Assembly (NCBI GenBank): GCA_951406725.2
Contig: OX597820.1
Span: 18,724,001-18,788,000 of the forward strand
DNA: 64,000 nucleotides
Source: Octopus vulgaris
Lineage: Eukaryota
Reading direction: 5' to 3'
In this document: positions 1 through 12,035 of the stretch, piece by piece
Layout of the letters: every line of letters starts with the position of its first letter
Numbering within the stretch: position 1 is the stretch's first letter
Position numbers and translations under genes: made by a program
Notes under the pieces: generated by a model
The model's input: the letters and a program-made list of their open reading frames with translations, nothing else
Database searches by the model: none
Told to the model about the DNA's origin: nothing

Positions 1-200
1 TATGTGCACATGTATGCGTGTGTATGTGTATGCATGAATGTATGTGTGTATATGTATCTATATATTGTGTATATGCATTCGTATATATGCATCTATATAT
101 GTGTGTATGTATGTGTTTATGTATGCGGATGTATGCTTGCATATGTGTAGGCATGTGTGTTTATGTCTATGTATATATGTATGTGTGCATTTATGTATGC

Positions 201-510
201 ATAGGAGTGGCTGTATGGTAAATAGATTGCTTCCCAACAACATGGTTCCAGGTTCAGACCCATTGCATGGCACCTTGGGCAAGTGTTTTCTGCTATAACC
301 CCAGGCCAACTAAAGCCTTGTGAGTGGATTTGGTAGACGGAAATTGAAAGATGCTGGTGTGTTTATGTCCCTGTAACTTAGCAGTTCAGCAAAAGAGACC
401 TGATAGAATAAGTACTAGGCATACAAATAATAAGTCCTGGGGTTGATTTGCCCAACTGAAAGTGGTGCTCCAGCATGGCAACAGTCAAATGACTGAAACA
501 AGTAAAAAGA
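201..510 (+). mobile_element. tRNA-derived SINE, family A (copy lacking the internal microsatellite)
   Basis: A-box/B-box-like head (gtggctgtatggtaa...ggttcagaccc) and tail ggtgctccagcatggc...gactgaaacaagtaaaa; the same sequence recurs at more than 15 places in the window. Confidence 0.85.
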
Positions 511-784
511 GTATATGTATGTGTGTATCTATGTATGTATATATGTGTGTATGTGTGTATACATGCATGTATGTATGCGTGCATATATGTGTGTACATGT
601 GTGCATGCTTGTGTGTATATGAGTGTATGTATGTGTTTAGTTCTCTTCTTGCTTTTGTTGCTTTTAAGTGAGATAGTAACAAAGTCTTTGTCTGCTCTTG
701 AAGAATGTTTCAAAATTTGGTAACTTTTTTGTATATATATATATATATTTTAAACTCTTTTTGGTGTTGTTGTTGTTGCTGTTA

Positions 785-793
785 TTAATATTA

Positions 794-843
<50 letters not shown>

Positions 844-900
844 TTATCATTATTATTATCATCATTCTTATTACTATTATTATTGTTATCATTATTATCA
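785..900. repeat. (TAT/TAA)n microsatellite
   Basis: Direct reading; similar tracts at 1460-1540, 2300-2390, 3698-3760, 4445-4612 and 34205-34490. Confidence 0.95.
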
Positions 901-1458
901 TTGAGTGAGAGAGCAGTTTATGCCATCAAAGTGAAACTGGGGTAAAGTATACGAAGCCCAGTATACCCATCATGACTACACGTCTGATAAGGGTACACCA
1001 GGCACATGCATCACAACCATATGTGCATGACATGGTAACCTCATATCATGATAAACATCACATGACCTTGCAGGTGGGGCCCAGTTAGAATTTTCTTCTG
1101 GTCAAGTAGCCCATCCTGCTCAAAAGGTCCCTGAATAAGAGTTGTTTAAGGATGTTGAATGAAACACCCATGTTTCCAGAGGTGAATTATTCAAAACCCC
1201 AAATAAAATTCCTTTCAACACACAGCTATGATGCTCCTCCACTACTTCTGTTTGTGATCAGAGATGCACATATCGTCAGCCACTAAGGGACATGGTCAAC
1301 TGGTTAAGGTCAAACAACTGACAAGCAAATCTGTGGTATTGAACAGAATATTTGCTGTAGCCCATCTTTTATACCAAGACAAAACAATGTACAGGATAAC
1401 ACTTCCAATCAGTTAAGATCAGAAGCCATGAGAGCCACTGCCTGGTACTGCATCAGGG

Positions 1459-1537
<79 letters not shown>

Positions 1538-2002
1538 GATAGTAATTATTGTTGTAGCTCTATTGATTGTTGAGGGTGGCAATGTAACATGAGCAGTGAA
1601 GCGCTTGACTAAAATACAGTTCAGTGTTTAACCATGTTTCTTCCTGAGGTCACCATCACCTTTTCCTCTAACGGAAAAATTTATAAAACAAGCACCAGTT
1701 GTCTGCTATGAACAATAAAGCCAAATGCACAACATTTTCTTAAAATTAGTTCCGAGACACACTATGGTTCCATGAAAAAGATTTTTGTGGTTCTGTGAGA
1801 CAAGATGTCTTTTGCTAAAATTTACTAAAATCTTAATTTTAATTTATTCGTTTTCCAAGATTTTTTATGTAGAATTCTGTATGGAGACAGATGCTGTTGT
1901 ATCTTGGGGAGGTCATTTTGTCAATAAGAATCACATGCATTGGTTCTATTACGCTTCTTTTTATCATCATCATCATCATCATCATCATCATTATTATGAT
2001 TA

Positions 2003-2300
2003 TTATTGTCTTTGCATAGCTTCTAACGCTGGAAATGTACTACAGTGTCAGATATTCACTACCAGTCAACTAAGGTAACATCTCTTATTTTTCAAGCACC
2101 TTCTGGAGTATTCAAGCAGTTCCAAGCAGTGCTGTTTTCTGTAAGTTCTCCACCCTTATTGCAGCCCCTATTTGTTCCACCTACTTCTCGAGATTTTTAC
2201 TCACTATTCTCAGGGCTCTGACAATTATTGGTACTACTGCTACCTTTTTCATCGACCACAACTGGCTTAACTTCCCAAGCTAAACTGTCATATCTCTCAT
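2003..2300 (-). mobile_element. 3' end fragment of an RLE-type (R4/Dong-like) LINE, family 2
   Basis: Minus strand reads ...VENLQKTALLGTA*ILQKVLEK*; homologous to 3760-3950; abuts TAA tracts. Confidence 0.7.
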
Positions 2301-2307
2301 AATAATA

Positions 2308-2391
<84 letters not shown>

Positions 2392-2402
2392 TATGGGTTT
2401 TA

Positions 2403-2700
2403 ATTCTTCTTTCAAATTTGCTTCCATTTCTTGCCGTGTGTCTTCCCGACTTCTAGGGCAAAGAAACTCATAGTATGCATTGGTAGGCCATTAAACTAAC
2501 TCACTAGTTCGTTAATTTTTTTTTTTTTTTTTGATAAAAATAAAGTTAAATTAAAATACATGGGTAGTAATAGTTCTCACATCGACAATGCTCTTCTCAA
2601 TATGTGTGATGTACCAGTTAAGACAATCTTTTGCACTTCTTGCAGGGATGATAAACTAGGGATCATTCTCATATAATTTTCGGTTCCCTTCTTGATCATT
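2403..2700 (-). mobile_element. Short 3' end copy of the RLE-type LINE at 2960-3700
   Basis: Near-identical to 2960-3247 (cttctttcaaattt...gttcccttcttgatcatt); flanked by TAT repeats. Confidence 0.85.
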
Positions 2701-2727
2701 ATTATCATTATTATTATTATCATTAAT

Positions 2728-2945
2728 TAAGGCAGTGAGCTGGCAGAATTATTAGCACACCAGGGAAAATGCTTTGCGACATTTCATCCAATTTTACATT
2801 TTGGGTTCAAATCCCGCTGAAGTCATCTTTTCCTTTCATCTTTTGAAGTTGATGAAATAAGTACCAGTTGTGTACTGGGTCAATGTAATTGACTAGCCCC
2901 TCCCTGAAATTTCAGGTCTTGTGTCTATAGTTGAAAGGATTATTA
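2728..2945 (+). mobile_element. SINE family B (core gtcgactttgcctttcatcctttcggggtcgataaattaagtaccag)
   Basis: Head aaggcagtgagctggcagaa...gggttcaaatcc and conserved core. Other copies at about 4623-4860, 6255-6690(-), 33070-33245, 33845-34020(-), 34900-35550, 55800-55985(-), 57870-57990(-), 58990-59315(-) and 63555-63790(-). Confidence 0.8.
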
Positions 2946-2959
2946 TTTTTTTTTTTTTT

Positions 2960-3697
2960 CTTCTTCTTTCAAATTTACTTCCATTTCTTGCTGAGCGTCT
3001 TCCCGACTCCTAGGGCAAAGAAACTCATAGTATACATTGGTAGGCCATTAAACCAAACTCAATAGTTCATTAATTTTTTTTTTTTTTTTAAGGTTAAATT
3101 AAAATACATGAGCAGCAACAGTTCTCACATCGACAATGCTCTTCTCAATACGTGTGATGTACCAGTTAAGACAATCTTTTGCACTTCTTGCAGGGATGGT
3201 AAGCCAGGGATCATTCTCATATAATTTTCGGTTCCCTTCTTGATCATTCCTAGTGCTCCTACGATCACTGGTATTGTAACCGCCTTGAGATGCCACATTT
3301 TCTCAATTTCAATGAGCAGGTCTTTATATTTTCTGAGCTTGTCAAACTCTTTCGCCGAGATATTATGATCACAGGGGATGCTCATGTCAATCAATAAGCA
3401 AACTTTATTGTTTTGGTCTTTCACAACAATATCTGGTTTATTGGCTTTGATGGTTCGGTCTGTATGTACTGGAAAGTCCCACAGAATCGTTACATTTTCT
3501 CCTTCAGTTACAGCCTCAGGGTGGTGATTATACCACTTGTCGGCAGTTTTGATATTGTAATGCCGACTTATTAGCCAGTGGAGATATTGGCCAACTCTGT
3601 CATGTCTTAATTTATACTCCACTGGTGCTAAGACTTTACATCCAGAGATTAAGTGGTCCACTGTTTCAATCATGTCAGTGGACCACCTAATCTCTGG

Positions 3698-3699
<2 letters not shown>
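2960..3699 (-). mobile_element. 5'-truncated non-LTR retrotransposon, RLE-type (R2 group, R4/Dong-like)
   Basis: ORF 3125-3673 shows the end of the CCHC knuckle (ETVDHLISGC), RHD, and the restriction-like endonuclease motifs (WDF...ANKPDIVV...LIDMSIP...K..KY), then a short 3' UTR; 5' end joins a TAT tract. Confidence 0.88.
3125..3673 (-). pseudogene. C-terminal RLE domain of a LINE ORF (182 aa, uninterrupted)
   Basis: ORF track translation with PD-(D/E)xK-type RLE motifs. Confidence 0.85.
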
Positions 3700-3744
<45 letters not shown>

Positions 3745-3759
3745 GATTATTATTATCAT

Positions 3760-4235
3760 TATCTTATGGTCTTTGCACAGTTTATAATGCTGGAGATGTA
3801 CTATGGTGCCGGCTGTTCACTACCAGTAAACTAAGGTAATGCCCCTTATTTTTTGAGCACTGTCCAGAGAATTCGAGCGGTTCCAAGCTGTTTTCTGCAA
3901 GTGCTCCACCCTTATTGCAGCCCCAATTTTTTCCAACTTTTACTACTACCATTTTCAGCGAATACAACTGCTTAACCCCTCAAGCTACCCTGTTGTAACT
4001 ATCGACTTTTCTTTCTTCCTTATCGCATACCTTGTTGTCAGCTGGGCATGCTATATCTATGATCCAGCATCGTTTGTTTTCTTTCTCAATTAACACTATG
4101 TCTGGCTTCCTATTCTCTATCTCATGGTCGCATTGAATCATAAAATCCCACAGGATCATTGCATTATCACTTTCGATGATGCCTTCGGGCTTATGTTTGA
4201 ACCAATTTTTTACTCCGTCAAGTCCATACTTGTTT
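3760..4235 (-). mobile_element. Degenerate RLE-type LINE 3' fragment, family 2
   Basis: Minus strand reads NWFKHKPEGIIESDNAMILWDFMIQCDHEIENRKPDIVLIEKENKRCWIIDIACP; bounded by TAT tracts. Confidence 0.8.
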
Positions 4236-4291
4236 TTATTATTATTATTATTATTTTTGTTGTTTAAATTATTATTATTATTATTATTATC

Positions 4292-4361
<70 letters not shown>

Positions 4362-4415
4362 CCACCACCATCATCATCATCATTATTATCATCATCATCA
4401 TCATCATCGTCATCG

Positions 4416-4446
<31 letters not shown>

Positions 4447-4507
4447 TATTATTATTTTTATTATTATTATGATTATGATTATTATAATTATTATTATTAT
4501 TATTATA

Positions 4508-4614
<107 letters not shown>

Positions 4615-4924
4615 GGCAACTTTAAGGCAGTGAGCTGGCAGAATCATTAGCACACCAGACAAAATGCTTAGCAGCATCTCTTTTAGCCTTACATTCTGAG
4701 TTCAAATCTTGCTGAGACTAATTTTGCCTTTCATCCTATTGGTGGTAATGGGGGTAGGTCAATAAAATTAAGTACTAATCAAGTTCTGGGGTTGATGACA
4801 TCGGTTAGTCACCTCACCTCTCCCAAATTTCTAGCTTTGTACTTGTGTTAGAAACACTTATTCCAAAGTTACAAGTCACCAAAATAGTCATCCATGTATC
4901 ATACTTAAAGTATATACACTGTCG

Positions 4925-5235
4925 ATAGGCCCTGTTACAGCAGTATGTTTCCTGAGATAACATCACTTATGGAAGTGCTGTGTTAAAAACGCAATAAATA
5001 TCAGAGCAAGACCAGCTGCATTTTAGCCTTCCTGTACTTTTTCAATGGTCTGTCCTTACAGCCAGCCACATACTCAGACAAAAATTCTTTACCGCTAATA
5101 TAGAGTACATTGAATAAAACATCCCCTGGTGTTGTGAATAGCCACCTGGCTGTCACCATAAGGTTAACATTTAAGTAGGACCAGCCAAATATCAGACAAA
5201 ATGCCTTGTAGGGGATATTAAGAAATTTCCCTTTC
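4925..5235 (+). pseudogene. piggyBac-like transposase relic
   Basis: Broken frames give SLMEVLC*KRNKY, LAFLYFFNG and SPGVVNSHL...RLTFK*..GPAKYQTKCLVGD, resembling piggyBac L+VEETNKYA, AFLGL and VDEQL..FKQYIPSKPAKYGIK; homologous to 22625-22890. Confidence 0.5.
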
Positions 5236-6707
5236 ACAATCTAAATGTAAATCTCACTCAGCTTCAATTTTGCCATTAGTGCATCTAGGATTAATAAAGT
5301 AAGTAAGTACCAGGTTTATTTAATGGACAATGTTTGCTTCTTAAAGTTTGTGTCTCTGTGTTCATGGCTGTATAGATTATAAACTTTTATAATCTAAGTG
5401 CAAATGCCCTCTGGAATAACATCGTCTTTTATTCCTCCTGGGTCGATAAAATAAATATTAGTGAAATACTAGCGTCAATTAAAAAAACTACTTTGCTTCT
5501 TTGAAAATTTGCATCTCCGTATTGTAGATATATGGCATTTTTTAAGGTTACAAAATACAGACGTAGCAATATAAAAACAGGAAAAACAAGTTATATGTTA
5601 GGCCACCACTGTGGTTTTGGAAAATATGAAACCAAACATAAAATAGAGGCCACCTAAGGTCAAGGAATCTCAATAGTAGTCGACATTGAGGAGTTGGCGG
5701 CTGCTGAAAGCCAAGAAATATCAATTTCTGAAGATATATGATTGAAGGTACAACTTAAACAATATGTGAAAGCAGCGAGAAATGGAAGGAAAAAAAAAAA
5801 GAGAAAGAAAAGAATGGAAAATTTGGTACAGACAGAGGAATATAAAAGAAAAAAATAATTTATGAAGTAATATAACAAAAACTAATATTGTTATTGACCC
5901 AGCGCAGTTTTTGTAGCTGCAAAGAGGGGGGGAAAAAATGATATTACATTTACATTAACAAATGTAGAAGACATAGCTTATTTGGAATTCTGGACAATGA
6001 AATGGAAAAAAAACTTTACACAAACGTCAGAATATTATAGACTACATTTACTTTTAGGATTTGGAAATATTTAATTGAGGTTTAAGAATACAGAAGTTAT
6101 AATGAAAAGTGGTTGAAATCAGAAAAGTTATAATAACCCTTCTGATAGTGGTTTCTCCAAGATGGTCCCTAATTCTATGAAACAAGCTTCATGTGTTTTA
6201 AAGTGGTCTGAATTAAAACCTTCCATCAAGTATTCTTGTTAATTTCTTCCAAGCAAGGCCTGAAATTTTTTGTGGGGAAGGGGCCAGTCAATTACACTGA
6301 CCCCAATGTTCAACTGGTACTTGTTTTATTGGTCCCAAAAGGATAAAAGGCAAAGTGAGCCTTGGCAGAATTTGAACTCAGAAATTAATGATGGATAAAA
6401 TGCCACTAAGTATTTCGCCCAGTACAGTAACAATTCTGCCAGCTCACCCTCCCTTAAACACTAGTATAACAATGATTTCCAATTTTGGCACAAGGCCAGC
6501 AACTTCAGGGGTGGGGGTAAGTCAATTACATCGACCCCAGAGTTCAATTGGTTCTTATTTTATTGACCCCAGAAAGGATGAAAGACAAAGTGGACCTCCG
6601 GAGAATTTGAACTCAGAATGTAAGACAGACGAAATGCTGCTAAGCATTTGGCCCAGCATGATAACAATCCTGCCAGCTTGCTGCCTTAACCACTGGCATA
6701 ATAATAC

Positions 6708-7490
6708 TCTTGTACTCTTTTACTTGTTTCAGTCATTTGACCGCAGCCATGCTGGAGCACCGCCTTTAGTCGAGCAAATCGACCACAGGACTTATTCTTT
6801 GTAAGACTAATACTTATTCTATCTCTTTTGCTGAACTGCTAAGTTATGGGGGATGTAAACACACCAGCATCGGTTGTCAAGCGATGTTGGGGGGAGGGGA
6901 CAAACACAGACACACAAACTCAAACACACACACACATATATACATACACACATATATACATATACATATATACAACGAGCTTCTTTCAGTTTCTGTCTAC
7001 CAAATCCACTCACAAGGCTTTGATCAGTTCGAGGCTATAGTAGAAGACACTTGCCCAAGGTGCCATGCAGTGGGACTGAACCCAGAACCATGTCATTGGT
7101 AAGCAAGCTACTTACCACGCACCCACATACAAACACATATACATATACATATACACATATACAACGGGCTTCTTTCAGTTTCCATCTACCAAATCCACTC
7201 ACAAGGCTTTGGTTAGCTGGAGGCTATAGTAGAAGACACTTACCCAAGGTGCCACACAGTGGGACTGAACCCGGAACCATGTGGTTGGTAAGCAAGCTAC
7301 TTACCACACAGTCACATACATACACACATATATACATATACATATATACGACAGGCTTCTTTCAGTTTCCGTCTACCAAATCCACTCACAAGGCTTTGGT
7401 AGAAGACACTTGCCCAAGGTGGCATGCAGTGGGACTGAACCCGGAACCATGTGGTTGGTAAACAAGCTACTAACCACACAGCCACTCCTG
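6708..7490 (-). mobile_element. SINE family A: one full copy plus two tandem head duplications
   Basis: Reverse-complement match to family A; the segment ttctttcagttt...cttaccac occurs three times. Confidence 0.85.
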
Positions 7491-8671
7491 CTATTTTCTA
7501 AATTCTTCCTTATTTTCAAAATTTATTGAAACATAGGCAGCGTACACCAAGAGAAATAGGATAACAAAATGGATAAAATTCTTCATGGATGAGCGGACAA
7601 TTAATAGGAGTCACCCATCAGTAACTTTCACTGAGACATCAAAATGTATGTGGTGAGAATTGTCTTTAAGAAATTTCGTTAATTTATAAGCATAATCAAA
7701 TAGAAAAGGAAATTAGTTTGCAGGCAATGGTAATTACACGATGGAACTGTTTGTAATGTTTGAAGAATTTCTGGAACTTCCAGGCCTCATGGAACTTACA
7801 AACATGATGAAGAAACCAAGTGATACCCAGCCTTCGGTTTCTATGTCCAAGACACAGCTGAACTGTTTTAAATGTTGAGCATTGGACCATATCCAGATAC
7901 GCAGTTTAGCAATCCCCCGTTAAGATGAGATATACCCATATACCCATATACCCGTATATCCAACTCTTCCTGACTAACAAACTCCATCTCCATCTCCGTC
8001 TCCTCCACTGCCATCAACTTCAAATAAGTAAACTAATAGACCCCATACCCCAGGAAAAAGATTTTTCTAGAATTACCAGGCCAGATGCTATGTCACTTAA
8101 TGAAGCCAAATATTCAAATCCTTCCATTTTTTTTTTAACTTTTTGGTGTTTATGAAATGAAACCAATCCAGGAAGAGGCATGTTGGAATGTTCTTGAAGA
8201 AAAAAACAGAACTAAAAATGTAATGGCCATCCCCAAAAAATGGAATGTAATAGAAAACCTAAAGAACAATAAAAATAAACCCTCGCGCTTCTTTTTTCTT
8301 CTTCTGTCTTTCTCTATCCCCCCACTCTCTCTCCCCTCTCTCCCCCCCCCCCTGCTCATTCATGGCTGTGTGGTTAAGATGCTCACTTCCCGACAAGGAA
8401 GTTTTGGGTTCAATTACACTGCACGGCACCATAGGCAAGTCTGTCTTTACATTCCAAGTCAGCCTTGCTTTTCATTCTATCAGGATCAATAAAATAAGTA
8501 CCAGTTAAATACTGGGGTCGATGTAATCAACTAATCCTGCCATAAGTGCAGGAATGAAATATGCTTAATGGGTGCAAACCCAAGTACATAATTTTTATAA
8601 ACACAGTTGGTTTTTTTTAATTTTTATATCAAAACATAAAAAAGTATGATTATTATTATTATTATTAATAT

Positions 8672-8702
<31 letters not shown>

Positions 8703-8703
<1 letters not shown>

Positions 8704-9985
8704 AGGCAGTGAGGTGGCAGAAACATAAGCATGCTTGATGAAATGCTTAGCAGTATTTCGTCTGTCTTTTTGTTCAGAGTTCAAATTCTGTCGAGGTCAA
8801 CTTTGCCATTCATTCTTTTGAGGGTCGATAAATTAAGTACAGGAGTCAATCTAATTGAGTGGCCCCCTCCCAAACAATTTTGGGCCTTGTGCCTAGAGTG
8901 GAAAAGATTCATTAGCACGCTGGAGGAAATGCTTAGCGGTATTTTGCCCATTGCTACTTTCTGAGTTCAAATTCCACTGAGGTCGACTTTGCTTTCATCC
9001 TTTCAAGCGTCAATACATTATGTACCAGTTGTGTACTGGGGTCGATCTAATCGACTGCCCCCCCCCCGCCTCCCCAAAAAGGCAAAGTGAACTTTGGCAG
9101 AATTTGAAATCAGGACATAAAGACAGATGAAATACCTATTTCTTTACTACCCACAAGGGGCTAAACACAGAGAAGACAAACAAGGACAGACACAAGGATT
9201 AAGTCGATTATATCGACCCCAGTGCGTAAATTTGAGGGAGGAGGGGACAATCGATTAGATCAACCCCAGTATGCAACTGGTACTTAATTTATCAACCCTG
9301 AAAGGATGAAAGGCAAAGTCAACCTTGGCAGAATTTGAACTCTGGATGTAAAGACAGGTGAAATACCGCTAAGCATTTCACCTGGCGTGCTAACATTTCT
9401 GCCAGCTCGCCACCTTTATAATATATTCTTTTCTACTCTAGCTACAAAGCCCGAAATTTTTAGGGAGGAGGGCAGTTGATTATATTGACCCCAGTATGCA
9501 ACTGGTACTTAATTTATTGACCCCCAAAAGGATGAAATGCAAAGTTGACCGTGGCAGAATTTGAACTCAGAACATGAAGACAGACGAAATAATTATTTCT
9601 TTACTACCCAGAAGGGGCTAAACACAGAGGGGACAAACAAGGACAGCCAAACGGATTAAGCTGATTATATCGACCCCAGTGCATAACTGGTACTTATTTA
9701 ATCGACCCCGAAAGGATGAAAGGCAAAGTCAAACTTGGCGGAATTTGAACTCAGAATGTTTCTGCCAGCTCGCAGCCTTTATAATATATTCTTTTCTACT
9801 CTAGGCACAAGGCCCAAAATTTTTAGGGAGGAGGGTAGTTGATTATATTGACCCCAGTATGCAACTGTTACTTAATTTATCAACCCCCAAAAGGATGACA
9901 GGTAAAGTCGACCTTGGTGTAATTTGAACTCAGACTGCAAAGATAGATGAAATACCACTAAGCATTTCGCCAGATCGCCGCCTTT
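8703..9985. mobile_element. Cluster of SINE family B copies in both orientations, with local tandem duplication
   Basis: Two + copies at 8703-9075, then - copies; 9420-9570 is repeated at 9780-9935. Confidence 0.8.
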
Positions 9986-10019
9986 CAAATTACTACATTC
10001 ATTTAGAGACTGGTAAGCT

Positions 10020-10069
10020 TTAAACTACTGCTGCTGCCGCTACTACTACTACTACCACTACGACCACCG

Positions 10070-10100
<31 letters not shown>

Positions 10101-10200
10101 CACTACTACTCCCCATCCTCCTCTGCCTACTATTACTACTACTACTATTATTGTTGTTGTTACTGCTGCTGCTGCTGCTGCTACTACTACTATTACTACT
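10020..10200. repeat. (CTA/CTG/TTG)n compound trinucleotide repeat
   Basis: Direct reading. Confidence 0.9.
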
Positions 10201-10747
10201 ATTTTTAAATTTTTTTGTTTTATCATCATTATTTTCTTTTCCTGTTTTTTTGTTTTTTGCGGCTGGAGGCAGTTTTTCTCTTTTTTCCTTTATTTTCACT
10301 TGAGCATCATTATGCAAATATCTTGCAAAACTTCCTTGTAAAATTCCTTATATCAATCGAAATCAATGAGGTGCTTGCATGTCCCAATGGATTTTTCCCT
10401 TTTGAAACCTTTTTCTAATAATTCTTTGAAACAGAAATTCTATCGTTTTTGAGACAACACCTTTCGCTGGGGAGTTTTTACCAATTTTTAATTTTTTGTT
10501 TTTTATGTTTCCATGAAGACTTTGTATTTCTTCAAAATATTTAATCAAATATATTGTAGCAATAGAACTGGAAGAATTACTATAAAAACTATAGTTTGGA
10601 GGTTTTGTTTGTTTTTTTTCTATCCTGTAGGGTCCATTGTCAACCGAACAATAACAGAATTGAGTGCTCTCCCTTTTTGTCTTCAAATTCGTATTGATCT
10701 CTTATATAAAATGAACCCCAAATACCAACCTACTTTTAAGTATGTAC

Positions 10748-10784
<37 letters not shown>

Positions 10785-10951
10785 CGTACATACATATATA
10801 TAATCCTTATTTATTGATTGATAATCTAAAACTTTGTAATCGTTTTAGATATAGTTATATATAAACATACATACATAAAAATTACATACATATACACATA
10901 CATATATAGCAGCTAAACCTTACATATGTACATATATAAATACATAGGCAA

Positions 10952-11025
<74 letters not shown>

Positions 11026-11120
11026 TACGTTTATATATTTGTTGTGCAAGATTTTTTATATATATATATGTGTGTGTGTATATATATATATATACGTGTG
11101 TCTATATATATATATATGTA

Positions 11121-11176
<56 letters not shown>

Positions 11177-11180
11177 TACA

Positions 11181-11256
<76 letters not shown>

Positions 11257-11470
11257 CGTATGTATAGACATTTATTGGCCAACAGTCAATTGTGAAACAC
11301 CAGAGAATATTCTTGAATTTCAATCTAGACAAATACGCAAGCATTCTGTTAAAAATATATCAATAGAATTATCTTCTTTTTCTTCAACCTTGAACAGATA
11401 AGCTTTGGGGTAATCATTATGTTTAGTTCAATGCTTACAGAAATTCATCAACCAGCCACATACATATGTC

Positions 11471-11537
<67 letters not shown>

Positions 11538-11587
11538 ATATGTGTGTGTGTATTTGTGTACATATTCATATATGTATATATTCATAT

Positions 11588-11945
11588 GTGGAGGTGCAAT
11601 GGACTAGTGGTTGGGGCAGTAGACTCACAGTTGTAGGATCACGGTTTCAATTCCCAGGCTGGGCGTTGTTAATGTTTATTGAGCGAAAAACAGCTAAAGC
11701 TCCATGAGACTCCGGCAGGGGATGGTGATGAACACTGCTGTACTCTTTTACCACAACCTTCTCTCACTCTTTCTTCCTGTATCTGTTGTGCCTGTATTTC
11801 AAAGGGGCCAGCCTTGTCACACTCTGTTTCATGCTGAATCTCTCTGAGAACTACGTTAAGGGTACACGTGTCTGTGGAGTGCTCAGCCACTTGCACCTCA
11901 ATTTCATGAGCAGGCTATTCTATTGATTGAATCATAACCAACAGA
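11588..11945 (+). mobile_element. tRNA-derived SINE, family C
   Basis: Head ggaggtgcaatggactagtggtt...ggtttcaattccc and body aaaggggccagccttgtcacact...agggtacacgtgtctgtggagtgctcagccacttgcac; related copies at 38600-38915, 45683-45968, 50505-50680, 55998-56245 and 63805-64000(-). Confidence 0.8.
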
Positions 11946-11967
11946 GTGCTACAATATTCATACACAC

Positions 11968-12022
<55 letters not shown>

Positions 12023-12035
12023 TATGATTTATAAT

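Noticed and set aside
5660-5745. Short acidic frame QGISIVVDIEELAAAESQEISISEDI* as a terminal exon
   Set aside because: No polypyrimidine acceptor; too short to support
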